Assembly: GCA_032718475.1 (NCBI GenBank)
Contig: JAUCBJ010009017.1
Location: forward strand, 1 to 64,000
Length of the DNA stretch: 64,000 bases
Direction of reading: 5' to 3'
From: Nemertoderma westbladi
Taxonomy: Eukaryota; Animalia; Xenacoelomorpha
The position numbers were made by a program, and so were the translations under genes. A model generated the notes under the pieces. The model was not told the DNA's origin and ran no database searches. It saw only the letters and a list, made by a program, of their open reading frames with translations. Of the stretch, positions 11,198 through 24,526 are shown piece after piece; positions within the stretch are counted from its first letter, which is position 1, and the number at the start of each line of letters is the position of its first letter.

Positions 11198-14100
11198 GTG
11201 AGAAACTTATTGAAACAAATCCAACTGGGGAAGATAAGAGAGGTGAGAAACTTATTGAAACAAATCCAACTGGGGAAGATAAGCGAGGTGAGAAACTTAT
11301 TGAAACAAATCCAACTAGGGAAGATAAGCGAGGTGAGAAACTTATTGGAACAAATCCAACTGGGGAAGATAAGCGAGGTGAGAAACTTATTGAAACAAAT
11401 CCAACTAGGGAAGATAAGCGAGGTGAGAAACTTATTGAAACAAATCCAACTAGGGAAGATAAGCGAGGTGAGAAACTTATTGAAACAAATCCAACTAGGG
11501 AAGATAAGCGAGGTGAGAAACTTATTGAAACAAATCCAACTAGGGAAGATAAGCGAGGTGAGAAACTTATTGAAACAAATCCAACTGGGGAAGATAAGCG
11601 AGGTGAGAAACTTATTGAAACAAATCCAACTGGGGAAGATAAGCGAGGTGAGAAACTTATTGAAACAAATCCAACTAGGGAAGATAAGCGAGGTGAGAAA
11701 CTTATTGAAACAAATCCAACTAGGGAAGATAAGCGAGGTGAGAAACTTATTGAAACAAATCCAACTAGGGAAGATAAGCGAGGTGAGAAACTTATTGAAA
11801 CAAATCCAACTGGGGAAGATAAGCGAGGTGAGAAACTTATTGAAACAAATCCAACTAGGGAAGATAAGCGAGGTGAGAAACTTATTGAAACAAATCCAAC
11901 TAGGGAAGATAAGCGAGGTGAGAAACTTATTGAAACAAATCCAACTGGGGAAGATAAGAGAGGTGAGAAACTTATTGAAACAAATCCAACTGGGGAAGAT
12001 AAGCGAGGTGAGAAACTTATTGAAACAAATCCAACTGGGGAAGATAAGCAAGGTGAGAAACTTATTGAAACAAATCCAACTGGGGAAGATAAGCGAGGTG
12101 AGAAACTTATTGAAACAAATCCAACTAGGGAAGATAAGCGAGGTGAGAAACTTATTGAAACAAATCCAAGTGGGGAAGATAAGCGAGGTGAGAAACTTAT
12201 TGAAACAAATCCAACTGGGGAAGATAAGCGAGGTGAGAAACTTATTGAAACAAATCCAACTAGGGAAGATAAGCGAGGTGAGAAACTTATTGAAACAAAT
12301 CCAACTGGGGAAGATAAGCGAGGTGAGAAACTTATTGAAACAAATCCAACTAGGGAAGATAAGCGAGGTGAGAAACTTATTGAAACAAATCCAAGTGGGG
12401 AAGATAAGCGAGGTGAGAAACTTATTGAAACAAATCCAACTGGGGAAGATAAGCGAGGTGAGAAACTTATTGAAACAAATCCAACTGGGGAAGATAAGCG
12501 AGGTGAGAAACTTATTGAAACAAATCCAAGTGGGGAAGATAAGCGAGGTGAGAAACTTATTGAAACAAATCCAACTGGGGAAGATAAGCGAGGTGAGAAA
12601 CTTATTGGAACAAATTCAACTGGGGAAGATAAGCGAGGTGAGAAACTTATTGAAACAAATCCAAGTGGGGAAGATAAGCGAGGTGAGAAACTTATTGAAA
12701 CAAATCCAACTAGGGAAGATAAGCGAGGTGAGAAACTTATTGAAACAAATCCAAGTGGGGAAGATAAGCGAGGTGAGAAACTTATTGAAACAAATCCAAC
12801 TAGGGAAGATAAGCGAGGTGAGAAACTTATTGAAACAAATCCAAGTGGGGAAGATAAGCGAGGTGAGAAACTTATTGAAACAAATCCAACTAGGGAAGAT
12901 AAGCGAGGTGAGAAACTTATTGAAACAAATCCAACTGGGGAAGATAAGCGAGGTGAGAAACTTATTGAAACAAATCCAACTGGGGAAGATAAGCGAGGTG
13001 AGAAACTTATTGAAACAAATCCAACTGGGGAAGATAAGCGAGGTGAGAAACTTATTGAAACAAATCCAACTGGGGAAGATAAGCGAGGTGAGAAACTTAT
13101 TGAAACAAATCCAAGTGGGGAAGATAAGCGAGGTGAGAAACTTATTGAAACAAATCCAACTAGGGAAGATAAGCGAGGTGAGAAACTTATTGAAACAAAT
13201 CCAAGTGGGGAAGATAAGCGAGGTGAGAAACTTATTGAAACAAATCCAAGTGGGGAAGATAAGCGAGGTGAGAAACTTATTGAAACAAATCCAAGTGGGG
13301 AAGATAAGCGAGGTGAGAAACTTATTGAAACAAATCCAACTGGGGAAGATAAGCGAGGTGAGAAACTTATTGAAACAAATCCAAGTGGGGAAGATAAGCG
13401 AGGTGAGAAACTTATTGAAACAAATCCAAGTGGGGAAGATAAGCGAGGTGAGAAACTTATTGAAACAAATCCAAATAGGGAAGATAAGCGAGGTGAGAAA
13501 CTTATTGAAACAAATCCAAGTGGGGAAGATAAGCGAGGTGAGAAACTTATTGAAACAAATCCAAATAGGGAAGATAAGCGAGGTGAGAAACTTATTGAAA
13601 CAAATCCAAATAGGGAAGATAAGCGAGGCAAACTTATTGAAACAAATCCAAGTGGGGAAGATAAGCGAGGTGAGAAACTTATTGAAACAAATCCAAGTGG
13701 GGAAGATAAGCGAGGTGAGAAACTTATTGAAACAAATCCAAGTGGGGAAGATAAGCGAGGTGAGAAACTTATTGAAACAAATCCAACTGGGGAAGATAAG
13801 CGAGGTGAGAAACTTATTGAAACAAATCCAAGTGGGGAAGATAAGCGAGGTGAGAAACTTATTGAAACAAATCCAACTGGGGAAGATAAGCGAGGTGAGA
13901 AACTTATTGAAACAAATCCAAGTGGGGAAGATAAGCGAGGTGAGAAACTTATTGAAACAAATCCAACTAGGGAAGATAAGCGAGGTGAGAAACTTATTGA
14001 AACAAATCCAACTAGGGAAGATAAGCGAGGTGAGAAACTTATTGAAACAAATTCAACTGGGGAAGATAAGCGAGGTGAGAAACTTATTGAAACAAATCCA

Positions 14101-17100
14101 ACTAGGGAAGATAAGCGAGGTGAGAAACTTATTGAAACAAATCCAAGTGGGGAAGATAAGCGAGGTGAGAAACTTATTGAAACAAATCCAACTGGGGAAG
14201 ATAAGCGAGGTGAGAAACTTATTGAAACAAATCCAACTAGGGAAGATAAGCGAGGTGAGAAACTTATTGAAACAAATCCAAGTGGGGAAGATAAGCGAGG
14301 TGAGAAACTTATTGAAACAAATCCAACTGGGGAAGATAAGCGAGGTGAGAAACTTATTGAAACAAATCCAAGTGGGGAAGATAAGCGAGGTGAGAAACTT
14401 ATTGAAACAAATCCAACTGGGGAAGATAAGCGAGGTGAGAAACTTATTGAAACAAATCCAAGTGGGGAAGATAAGCGAGGTGAGAAACTTATTGAAACAA
14501 ATCCAAGTGGGGAAGATAAGCGAGGTGAGAAACTTATTGAAACAAATCCAAGTGGGGAAGATAAGCGAGGTGAGAAACTTATTGAAACAAATCCAAGTGG
14601 GGAAGATAAGCGAGGTGAGAAACTTATTGAAACAAATCCAACTAGGGAAGATAAGCGAGGTGAGAAACTTATTGAAACAAATCCAAGTGGGGAAGATAAG
14701 CGAGGTGAGAAACTTATTGAAACAAATCCAACTGGGGAAGATAAGCGAGGTGAGAAACTTATTGAAACAAATCCAAGTGGGGAAGATAAGCGAGGTGAGA
14801 AACTTATGGAAACAAATCCAACTGGGGAAGATAAGCGAGGTGAGAAACTTATTGAAACAAATCCAAGTGGGGAAGATAAGCGAGGTGAGAAACTTATTGA
14901 AACAAATCCAACTGGGGAAGATAAGCGAGGTGAGAAACTTATTGAAACAAATCCAACTAGGGAAGATAAGCGAGGTGAGAAACTTATTGAAACAAATCCA
15001 ACTAGGGAAGATAAGCGAGGTGAGAAACTTATTGAAACAAATCCAACTAGGGAAGATAAGCGAGGTGAGAAACTTATTGAAACAAATCCAACTGGGGAAG
15101 ATAAGAGAGGTGAGAAACTTATTGAAACAAATCCAACTGGGGAAGATAAGCGAGGTGAGAAACTTATTGAAACAAATCCAACTGGGGAAGATAAGCAAGG
15201 TGAGAAACTTATTGAAACAAATCCAACTGGGGAAGATAAGCGAGGTGAGAAACTTATTGAAACAAATCCAACTAGGGAAGATAAGCGAGGTGAGAAACTT
15301 ATTGAAACAAATCCAAGTGGGGAAGATAAGCGAGGTGAGAAACTTATTGAAACAAATCCAACTGGGGAAGATAAGCGAGGTGAGAAACTTATTGAAACAA
15401 ATCCAACTAGGGAAGATAAGCGAGGTGAGAAACTTATTGAAACAAATCCAACTGGGGAAGATAAGCGAGGTGAGAAACTTATTGAAACAAATCCAACTAG
15501 GGAAGATAAGCGAGGTGAGAAACTTATTGAAACAAATCCAAGTGGGGAAGATAAGCGAGGTGAGAAACTTATTGAAACAAATCCAACTGGGGAAGATAAG
15601 CGAGGTGAGAAACTTATTGAAACAAATCCAACTGGGGAAGATAAGCGAGGTGAGAAACTTATTGAAACAAATCCAAGTGGGGAAGATAAGCGAGGTGAGA
15701 AACTTATTGAAACAAATCCAACTGGGGAAGATAAGCGAGGTGAGAAACTTATTGAAACAAATCCAACTGGGGAAGATAAGCGAGGTGAGAAACTTATTGG
15801 AACAAATTCAACTGGGGAAGATAAGCGAGGTGAGAAACTTATTGAAACAAATCCAAGTGGGGAAGATAAGCGAGGTGAGAAACTTATTGAAACAAATCCA
15901 ACTAGGGAAGATAAGCGAGGTGAGAAACTTATTGAAACAAATCCAAGTGGGGAAGATAAGCGAGGTGAGAAACTTATTGAAACAAATCCAACTGGGGAAG
16001 ATAAGCGAGGTGAGAAACTTATTGAAACAAATCCAACTGGGGAAGATAAGCGAGGTGAGAAACTTATTGGAACAAATTCAACTGGGGAAGATAAGCGAGG
16101 TGAGAAACTTATTGAAACAAATCCAACTGGGGAAGATAAGCGAGGTGAGAAACTTATTGAAACAAATCCAACTGGGGAAGATAAGCGAGGTGAGAAACTT
16201 ATTGAAACAAATCCAACTAGGGAAGATAAGCGAGGTGAGAAACTTATTGAAACAAATCCAAGTGGGGAAGATAAGCGAGGTGAGAAACTTATTGAAACAA
16301 ATCCAACTGGGGAAGATAAGCGAGGTGAGAAACTTATTGAAACAAATCCAACTAGGGAAGATAAGCGAGGTGAGAAACTTATTGAAACAAATCCAAGTGG
16401 GGAAGATAAGCGAGGTGAGAAACTTATTGAAACAAATCCAACTGGGGAAGATAAGCGAGGTGAGAAACTTATTGAAACAAATCCAACTAGGGAAGATAAG
16501 CGAGGTGAGAAACTTATTGAAACAAATCCAACTGGGGAAGATAAGCGAGGTGAGAAACTTATTGAAACAAATCCAACTAGGGAAGATAAGCGAGGTGAGA
16601 AACTTATTGAAACAAATCCAACTGGGGAAGATAAGCGAGGTGAGAAACTTATTGAAACAAATCCAACTAGGGAAGATAAGCGAGGTGAGAAACTTATTGA
16701 AACAAATCCAAGTGGGGAAGATAAGCGAGGTGAGAAACTTATTGAAACAAATCCAACTGGGGAAGATAAGCGAGGTGAGAAACTTATTGAAACAAATCCA
16801 ACTGGGGAAGATAAGCGAGGTGAGAAACTTATTGAAACAAATCCAAGTGGGGAAGATAAGCGAGGTGAGAAACTTATTGAAACAAATCCAACTGGGGAAG
16901 ATAAGCGAGGTGAGAAACTTATTGAAACAAATCCAACTGGGGAAGATAAGCGAGGTGAGAAACTTATTGGAACAAATTCAACTGGGGAAGATAAGCGAGG
17001 TGAGAAACTTATTGAAACAAATCCAAGTGGGGAAGATAAGCGAGGTGAGAAACTTATTGAAACAAATCCAACTAGGGAAGATAAGCGAGGTGAGAAACTT

Positions 17101-20100
17101 ATTGAAACAAATCCAAGTGGGGAAGATAAGCGAGGTGAGAAACTTATTGAAACAAATCCAACTGGGGAAGATAAGCGAGGTGAGAAACTTATTGAAACAA
17201 ATCCAACTGGGGAAGATAAGCGAGGTGAGAAACTTATTGGAACAAATTCAACTGGGGAAGATAAGCGAGGTGAGAAACTTATTGAAACAAATCCAAGTGG
17301 GGAAGATAAGCGAGGTGAGAAACTTATTGAAACAAATCCAACTAGGGAAGATAAGCGAGGTGAGAAACTTATTGAAACAAATCCAAGTGGGGAAGATAAG
17401 CGAGGTGAGAAACTTATTGAAACAAATCCAAGTGGGGAAGATAAGCGAGGTGAGAAACTTATTGAAACAAATCCAAGTGGGGAAGATAAGCGAGGTGAGA
17501 AACTTATTGAAACAAATCCAACTAGGGAAGATAAGCGAGGTGAGAAACTTATTGAAACAAATCCAAGTGGGGAAGATAAGCGAGGTGAGAAACTTATTGA
17601 AACAAATCCAACTGGGGAAGATAAGCGAGGTGAGAAACTTATTGAAACAAATCCAACTGGGGAAGATAAGCGAGGTGAGAAACTTATTGAAACAAATCCA
17701 AGTGGGGAAGATAAGCGAGGTGAGAAACTTATTGAAACAAATCCAACTGGGGAAGATAAGCGAGGTGAGAAACTTATTGGAACAAATTCAACTGGGGAAG
17801 ATAAGCGAGGTGAGAAACTTATTGAAACAAATCCAACTAGGGAAGATAAGAGAGGTGAGAAACTTATTGAAACAAATCCAACTGGGGAAGATAAGCGAGG
17901 TGAGAAACTTATTGAAACAAATCCAACTGGGGAAGATAAGCGAGGTGAGAAACTTATTGAAACAAATCCAACTGGGGAAGATAAGCGAGGTGAGAAACTT
18001 ATTGAAACAAATCCAAGTGGGGAAGATAAGCGAGGTGAGAAACTTATTGAAACAAATCCAACTGGGGAAGATAAGCGAGGTGAGAAACTTATTGAAACAA
18101 ATCCAAGTGGGGAAGATAAGCGAGGTGAGAAACTTATTGAAACAAATCCAACTAGGGAAGATAAGCGAGGTGAGAAACTTATTGAAACAAATCCAACTGG
18201 GGAAGATAAGCGAGGTGAGAAACTTATTGAAACAAATCCAACTAGGGAAGATAAGAGAGGTGAGAAACTTATTGAAACAAATCCAAGTGGGGAAGATAAG
18301 CGAGGTGAGAAACTTATTGAAACAAATCCAACTGGGGAAGATAAGCGAGGTGAGAAACTTATTGAAACAAATCCAACTAGGGAAGATAAGCGAGGTGAGA
18401 AACTTATTGAAACAAATCCAAGTGGGGAAGATAAGCGAGGTGAGAAACTTATTGAAACAAATCCAACTAGGGAAGATAAGCGAGGTGAGAAACTTATTGA
18501 AACAAATCCAACTGGGGAAGATAAGCGAGGTGAGAAACTTATTGAAACAAATCCAACTAGGGAAGATAAGAGAGGTGAGAAACTTATTGAAACAAATCCA
18601 AGTGGGGAAGATAAGCGAGGTGAGAAACTTATTGAAACAAATCCAACTGGGGAAGATAAGCGAGGTGAGAAACTTATTGAAACAAATCCAACTAGGGAAG
18701 ATAAGCGAGGTGAGAAACTTATTGAAACAAATCCAACTAGGGAAGATAAGCGAGGTGAGAAACTTATTGAAACAAATCCAAGTGGGGAAGATAAGCGAGG
18801 TGAGAAACTTATTGAAACAAATCCAAGTGGGGAAGATAAGCGAGGTGAGAAACTTATTGAAACAAATCCAAGTGGGGAAGATAAGCGAGGTGAGAAACTT
18901 ATTGAAACAAATCCAACTGGGGAAGATAAGCGAGGTGAGAAACTTATTGAAACAAATCCAACTGGGGAAGATAAGCGAGGTGAGAAACTTATTGAATCAA
19001 ATCCAAGTGGGGAAGATAAGCGAGGTGAGAAACTTATTGAATCAAATCCAAGTGGGGAAGATAAGCGAGGTGAGAAACTTATTGAAACAAATCCAAGTGG
19101 GGAAGATAAGCGAGGTGAGAAACTTATTGAAACAAATCCAAGTGGGGAAGATAAGCGAGGTGAGAAACTTATTGAATCAAATCCAAGTGGGGAAGATAAG
19201 CGAGGTGAGAAACTTATTGAAACAAATCCAAGTGGGGAAGATAAGCGAGGTGAGAAACTTATTGAAACAAATCCAACTGGGGAAGATAAGCGAGGTGAGA
19301 AACTTATTGAAACAAATCCAAGTGGGGAAGATAAGCGAGGTGAGAAACTTATTGAAACAAATCCAACTGGGGAAGATAAGCGAGGTGAGAAACTTATTGG
19401 AACAAATTCAACTGGGGAAGATAAGCGAGGTGAGAAACTTATTGAAACAAATCCAAGTGGGGAAGATAAGCGAGGTGAGAAACTTATTGAAACAAATCCA
19501 ACTAGGGAAGATAAGCGAGGTGAGAAACTTATTGAAACAAATCCAACTGGGGAAGATAAGCGAGGTGAGAAACTTATTGAAACAAATCCAACTAGGGAAG
19601 ATAAGAGAGGTGAGAAACTTATTGAAACAAATCCAACTAGGGAAGATAAGCGAGGTGAGAAACTTATTGAAACAAATCCAACTGGGGAAGATAAGCGAGG
19701 TGAGAAACTTATTGAATCAAATCCAAGTGGGGAAGATAAGCGAGGTGAGAAACTTATTGAATCAAATCCAAGTGGGGAAGATAAGCGAGGTGAGAAACTT
19801 ATTGAAACAAATCCAAGTGGGGAAGATAAGCGAGGTGAGAAACTTATTGAAACAAATCCAAGTGGGGAAGATAAGCGAGGTGAGAAACTTATTGAATCAA
19901 ATCCAAGTGGGGAAGATAAGCGAGGTGAGAAACTTATTGAAACAAATCCAAGTGGGGAAGATAAGCGAGGTGAGAAACTTATTGAAACAAATCCAACTGG
20001 GGAAGATAAGCGAGGTGAGAAACTTATTGAAACAAATCCAAGTGGGGAAGATAAGCGAGGTGAGAAACTTATTGAAACAAATCCAACTGGGGAAGATAAG

Positions 20101-21109
20101 CGAGGTGAGAAACTTATTGGAACAAATTCAACTGGGGAAGATAAGCGAGGTGAGAAACTTATTGAAACAAATCCAAGTGGGGAAGATAAGCGAGGTGAGA
20201 AACTTATTGAAACAAATCCAACTAGGGAAGATAAGCGAGGTGAGAAACTTATTGAAACAAATCCAACTGGGGAAGATAAGCGAGGTGAGAAACTTATTGA
20301 AACAAATCCAACTAGGGAAGATAAGAGAGGTGAGAAACTTATTGAAACAAATCCAACTAGGGAAGATAAGCGAGGTGAGAAACTTATTGAAACAAATCCA
20401 ACTAGGGAAGATAAGAGAGGTGAGAAACTTATTGAAACAAATCCAACTAGGGAAGATAAGCGAGGTGAGAAACTTATTGAAACAAATCCAACTGGGGAAG
20501 ATAAGCGAGGTGAGAAACTTATTGAAACAAATCCAACTGGGGAAGATAAGCGAGGTGAGAAACTTATTGAAACAAATCCAACTAGGGAAGATAAGAGAGG
20601 TGAGAAACTTATTGAAACAAATCCAACTGGGGAAGATAAGCGAGGTGAGAAACTTATTGAAACAAATCCAAATAGGGAAGATAAGCGAGGTGAGAAACTT
20701 ATTGAAACAAATCCAACTGGGGAAGATAAGCGAGGTGAGAAACTTATTGAAACAAATCCAACTAGGGAAGATAAGAGAGGTGAGAAACTTATTGAAACAA
20801 ATCCAACTAGGGAAGATAAGCGAGGTGAGAAACTTATTGAAACAAATCCAACTGGGGAAGATAAGCGAGGTGAGAAACTTATTGAAACAAATTCAACTGG
20901 GGAAGATAAGCGAGGTGAGAAACTTATTGAAACAAATCCAACTGGGGAAGATAAGCGAGGTGAGAAACTTATTGAAACAAATCCAACTGGGGAAGATAAG
21001 CGAGGTGAGAAACTTATTGAAACAAATTCAACTGGGGAAGATAAGCGAGGTGAGAAACTTATTGAAACAAATTCAACTAGGGAAGATAAGCGAGGTGAGA
21101 AACTTATTG
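11189..21109. repeat. 45-bp array, about 220 copies (gtgagaaacttattgaaacaaatccaactggggaagataagcgag), possibly coding
   Basis: Read directly; highly homogeneous; one net 3-bp deletion near 13628; stop-free over 10 kb in the exon-B frame. Confidence 0.98.
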
Positions 21110-21525
21110 TTATTTATAAAAAAATTGTCAGTTGGAGCGGCCGGAATGTTTTGCTGACCTGTCGTGAATTTTGCGAGTGTACAGCGCGAATCAAGCAAGT
21201 ATTCCAACTAGGGCCTACCATAGGACTGTAATGATAAAGACTTTGAAATACTTTTATCGAGTACTTTCTATAACCCGTTAAGATATAGGGCCTATATTTC
21301 GTTAACTTCTTCTTCAAAGCCTCTTTAATTAACTTTTGACACTGACTCACTGCTATTCGCAGTAAGGCAATGCTCTCATATTCGTGGTATATCGTTTCTT
21401 CTGTTTGATTGACGGGATACTTAAAAATCAAAATCTTTACTAATTTACCGTAATTGAATTTTACCTCCACAACTTACCGAGATTTAATTATATATATCAT
21501 CATTCCTAAATTCTTTCTGTACATC

Positions 21526-22275
21526 ATGAGTGATAACATATCACCACTGGACTCATTGAAAGATTGTGATAAAAACTCCCTTGTTAATGTTATGGTTAAC
21601 ATAAACAAAATTGAACCGAAAATGACTGGAACTTCCTCAATTGACGGTTCCACAAGAGAGTGGTCACGTATGAAAGTTAAAATAGGTGATCCGACTGGAT
21701 ATATCTGGGCTGCTATTTGGGGTGCAAAAATAGAAGAATTCAAGTTTGAAGAGGGAGATAACATAAAGATGTTTTATGTTAAAATTAATCACTATATGCC
21801 TAATGTGGAGGTCAATTCTGTAGGAAATGCAACTAGGTTTGAGAAATGCACCGAAATAGTGAACGGAAATTTCGATTATAACATTCCTTCACCAAAAGGT
21901 TCCTCTTCTACCTCATCAACACCATTAAAGTCCCCGGGCCCAGGGACTCCATTAGTTCGAGGTTATTCTGTCGGTGGTGGTGACAATTCAAGCTCAATGA
22001 AAGCTGATTCTAAAATGATTGATATGGAGGAGACGAATGTGAGTGGAACTAAGCGCATATATTCCGAGATGAAGGATAGGGCGAAAGATATTGTAAGGTT
22101 TACTCCAGCAGTGAGAAGAGCAGCTATGAGGAAAATTAGAAATCTAGTTCGTGAATACCAGGACCAAGATGATAATGAATATGAAACCGACGAGGAGCCT
22201 TTAGCAAAGATATTGCGTTACGGCGGAAGATCAGCTGAAGATGTTAAAAAGAACATAGACTTCGATAATAACTAG
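21526..22275 (+). CDS. Intronless OB-fold (SSB/RPA-like single-strand nucleic-acid-binding) protein, 249 aa
   Basis: N-terminal ~110 aa fit the OB pattern of the NABP/SOSS-B and RPA families (VNVMVNINKI...KVKIGDPTGYIWAAIWG...FEEGDNIK...NHY); then an S/T/P-rich linker and a charged helical tail. First ATG at 21526. Confidence 0.72.
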   Translation: MSDNISPLDSLKDCDKNSLVNVMVNINKIEPKMTGTSSIDGSTREWSRMKVKIGDPTGYIWAAIWGAKIEEFKFEEGDNIKMFYVKINHYMPNVEVNSVGNATRFEKCTEIVNGNFDYNIPSPKGSSSTSSTPLKSPGPGTPLVRGYSVGGGDNSSSMKADSKMIDMEETNVSGTKRIYSEMKDRAKDIVRFTPAVRRAAMRKIRNLVREYQDQDDNEYETDEEPLAKILRYGGRSAEDVKKNIDFDNN

Positions 22276-23772
22276 TGAAACAGTTACGCTCATAGTGTTT
22301 CTTGTTGAAGATGAAAACTCTCAACCTCTGTTATTTGTAATATTTAGTTAACCCACAACACTGGTATATAAATTTGAAGTAGATGTAATACTTTTAGCAA
22401 CAGTAAGTCAACTCTGCAACACTAAATACATTGCAAATCTTGGAAAACTGACCGGTTTATAATTATACCTGAAAACTTTAAGAGTTAACAGTTTAAAAGA
22501 GATGACTATATATTTCAAATTATGTACTGTTGAATACGCGTTAGTAAATGTTCCGCAGTGGTCTCTAAATGTACTGTATACAGTACTAGAGATAAACTGT
22601 ACTGGTATTTACAAAGGTGAATATCTTAGTCTATTATTGTGTGAATTAAGAACGAAAACAATCATAAAACCAATAACAATTTTTATTGATATTTTTTTAT
22701 ATTTAGTAAACATACAATCAAAGATTATCATCTGTTGTTTTCCTTGCAATTCTACTTTTAAAAAATTATTCTCTTTATATGACCAAAATATATGACCTGG
22801 ATTTTATGACCAAAAGGCTCTTAAAAACTGCAATTTTTGAATCCTTTTTGGGATTAATGGCACAATTTTCAATTAATCAAATTCCGTATGTAACTTTTGT
22901 TAAGGACCCTATTTTCAACCTACGCTGTCAATCCGACAAAAGATTGTGGAGTTTAAACATTTTTCGTAAAAAAAAAGTATATTTTGAGAAAATCTAAGTA
23001 AAAGTTTTTGGTACATGTAATGAACGTACACAGTTTGTTTTTAACATTTATGGTCCTGGGGTGCATCTAAGGATCCCATGACGGTATTTGGTTATCTTGT
23101 TACGTATTTTCATGGTTTACCTAATATCTATCGAAAGCAAATTGCTCAAAATGGATCAGGGCCATTAAGGACTAAAAGGCTCCTAAAGGCCCTTATTTGG
23201 GCATTTATTGATTAAATAGCCCTAATTTCGCCTTTATTGGATGTTTATAAATTAATATTATATGCTGTATGAAAGAATATATAAATTATTCTTGAAATTT
23301 TGAATTGTGTAAATTGTCAACTACAACCTTACGTAGGAACCCTATTTTAATTTCCAAAATAGGCATTCGTGTAGCAAGGTCATTGATTTCCAAATATAGA
23401 CAACCTTCACGTAACCGCACTTATCGTGCTGCGCGAAGGACTGAACCCTGCTAAATATTACCAAAATCAAAATATAGTATCAAAATTAGCTTATGAATAT
23501 TAATTCAATCACATTTAAGTAATAATTTCCTTTGTAATCTATATTTGGCTCTCAGCCACTTTCTCAGTTTCTGACGTGCTGCGTGAAGGCCTGTCAAGAA
23601 AATCGACTCTTCCTCACATTTTTACCGATAACTCGAGTTTGAGAAAAGATACAACAAAACGGTTTGCAGATTTGAAATCTGCATTAAATTGTGCACAAAA
23701 TACAACCAGAAAAAAATTTGAAATTTTTTCGCAAGGTGGGTTTGGTTTACCCGCCCCCGTTAATTGAATATA

Positions 23773-24000
23773 CAGTCCGGGTCTCAAAGCACATCTGTTC
23801 TTTGAGATTTTCACAAAGTGGTCTAAAAGTCATTACATTAATCTCAATGGGCACTTGAGGTTCATGTAGAAACTTTTAGTAGGGATTCACCAAGTGATTT
23901 TCCGCTTGAATGCACTGCGATACTTTGAGCTCTTTGAGAAAACCACTTCGAGAAAATAAACATTGAGGACATGCTGATTGACAGCTCACTTTGAGATACT
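23773..24000. mobile_element. Possible degenerate MITE (starts TA-CAGT, Tc1/mariner-like)
   Basis: Imperfect inverted matches tctcaaag/ctttgaga and attttcacaaagtggt/accacttcgagaaaat; right terminus unclear. Confidence 0.3.
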
Positions 24001-24003
24001 TTT

Positions 24004-24526
24004 GCAATATAGATTGCACATAAACCCGTAGAATAGCGTTGCATTGTCTGTAAAGACGCAATATAGATTGCACATAAACCCGTAGAATAGCCTTGCATTG
24101 TCTGTAAAGACGCATTATAGATTGCACATAAACCCGTAGAATAGCGTTACATTGTCTGTAAAGACGCAATATAGATTGCACATAAAACCGTAGAATAGCG
24201 TTGCATTGTCTGTAAAGACGCAATATAGATTGCACATAAACCCGTAGAATAGCGTTGCATTGTCTGTAAAGACGCAATATAGATTGCACATAAACCCGTA
24301 GAATAGCGTTGCATTGTCTGTAAAGACGCAATATAGATTGCACATAAACCCGTAGAATAGGGTTGCATTGTCTGTAAAGACGCAATATAGATTGCACATA
24401 AACCCGTAGAATAGCGTTACATTGTCTGTAAAGACGCATTATAGATTGCACATAAACCCGTAGAAAAGCGTTGCATTGTCTGTAAAGACGCAATATAGAT
24501 TACACATAAACCCGTAGAATAGCGTT
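24004..24526. repeat. Minisatellite, 54-bp unit, about 9.7 copies, cut off by an LTR
   Basis: gcaatatagattgcacataaacccgtagaatagcgttgcattgtctgtaaagac repeated; the last unit stops at the LTR start. Confidence 0.96.

Noticed and set aside
11137-21231. Alternative frames of the 45-bp array (ETNPTGEDKRGEKLI, LIFPSWICFNKFLTS, PRLSSPVGFVSISFS)
   Set aside because: By-products of the 3n unit; not in phase with the flanking exons and without credible starts.
21114-21470. PYILTGYR resembles the PAQR/AdipoR motif
   Set aside because: No transmembrane helices follow and there is no ATG start; probably coincidental.
23862-24493. Repeat ORFs over the 54-bp array
   Set aside because: Minisatellite translations with no domain signal.
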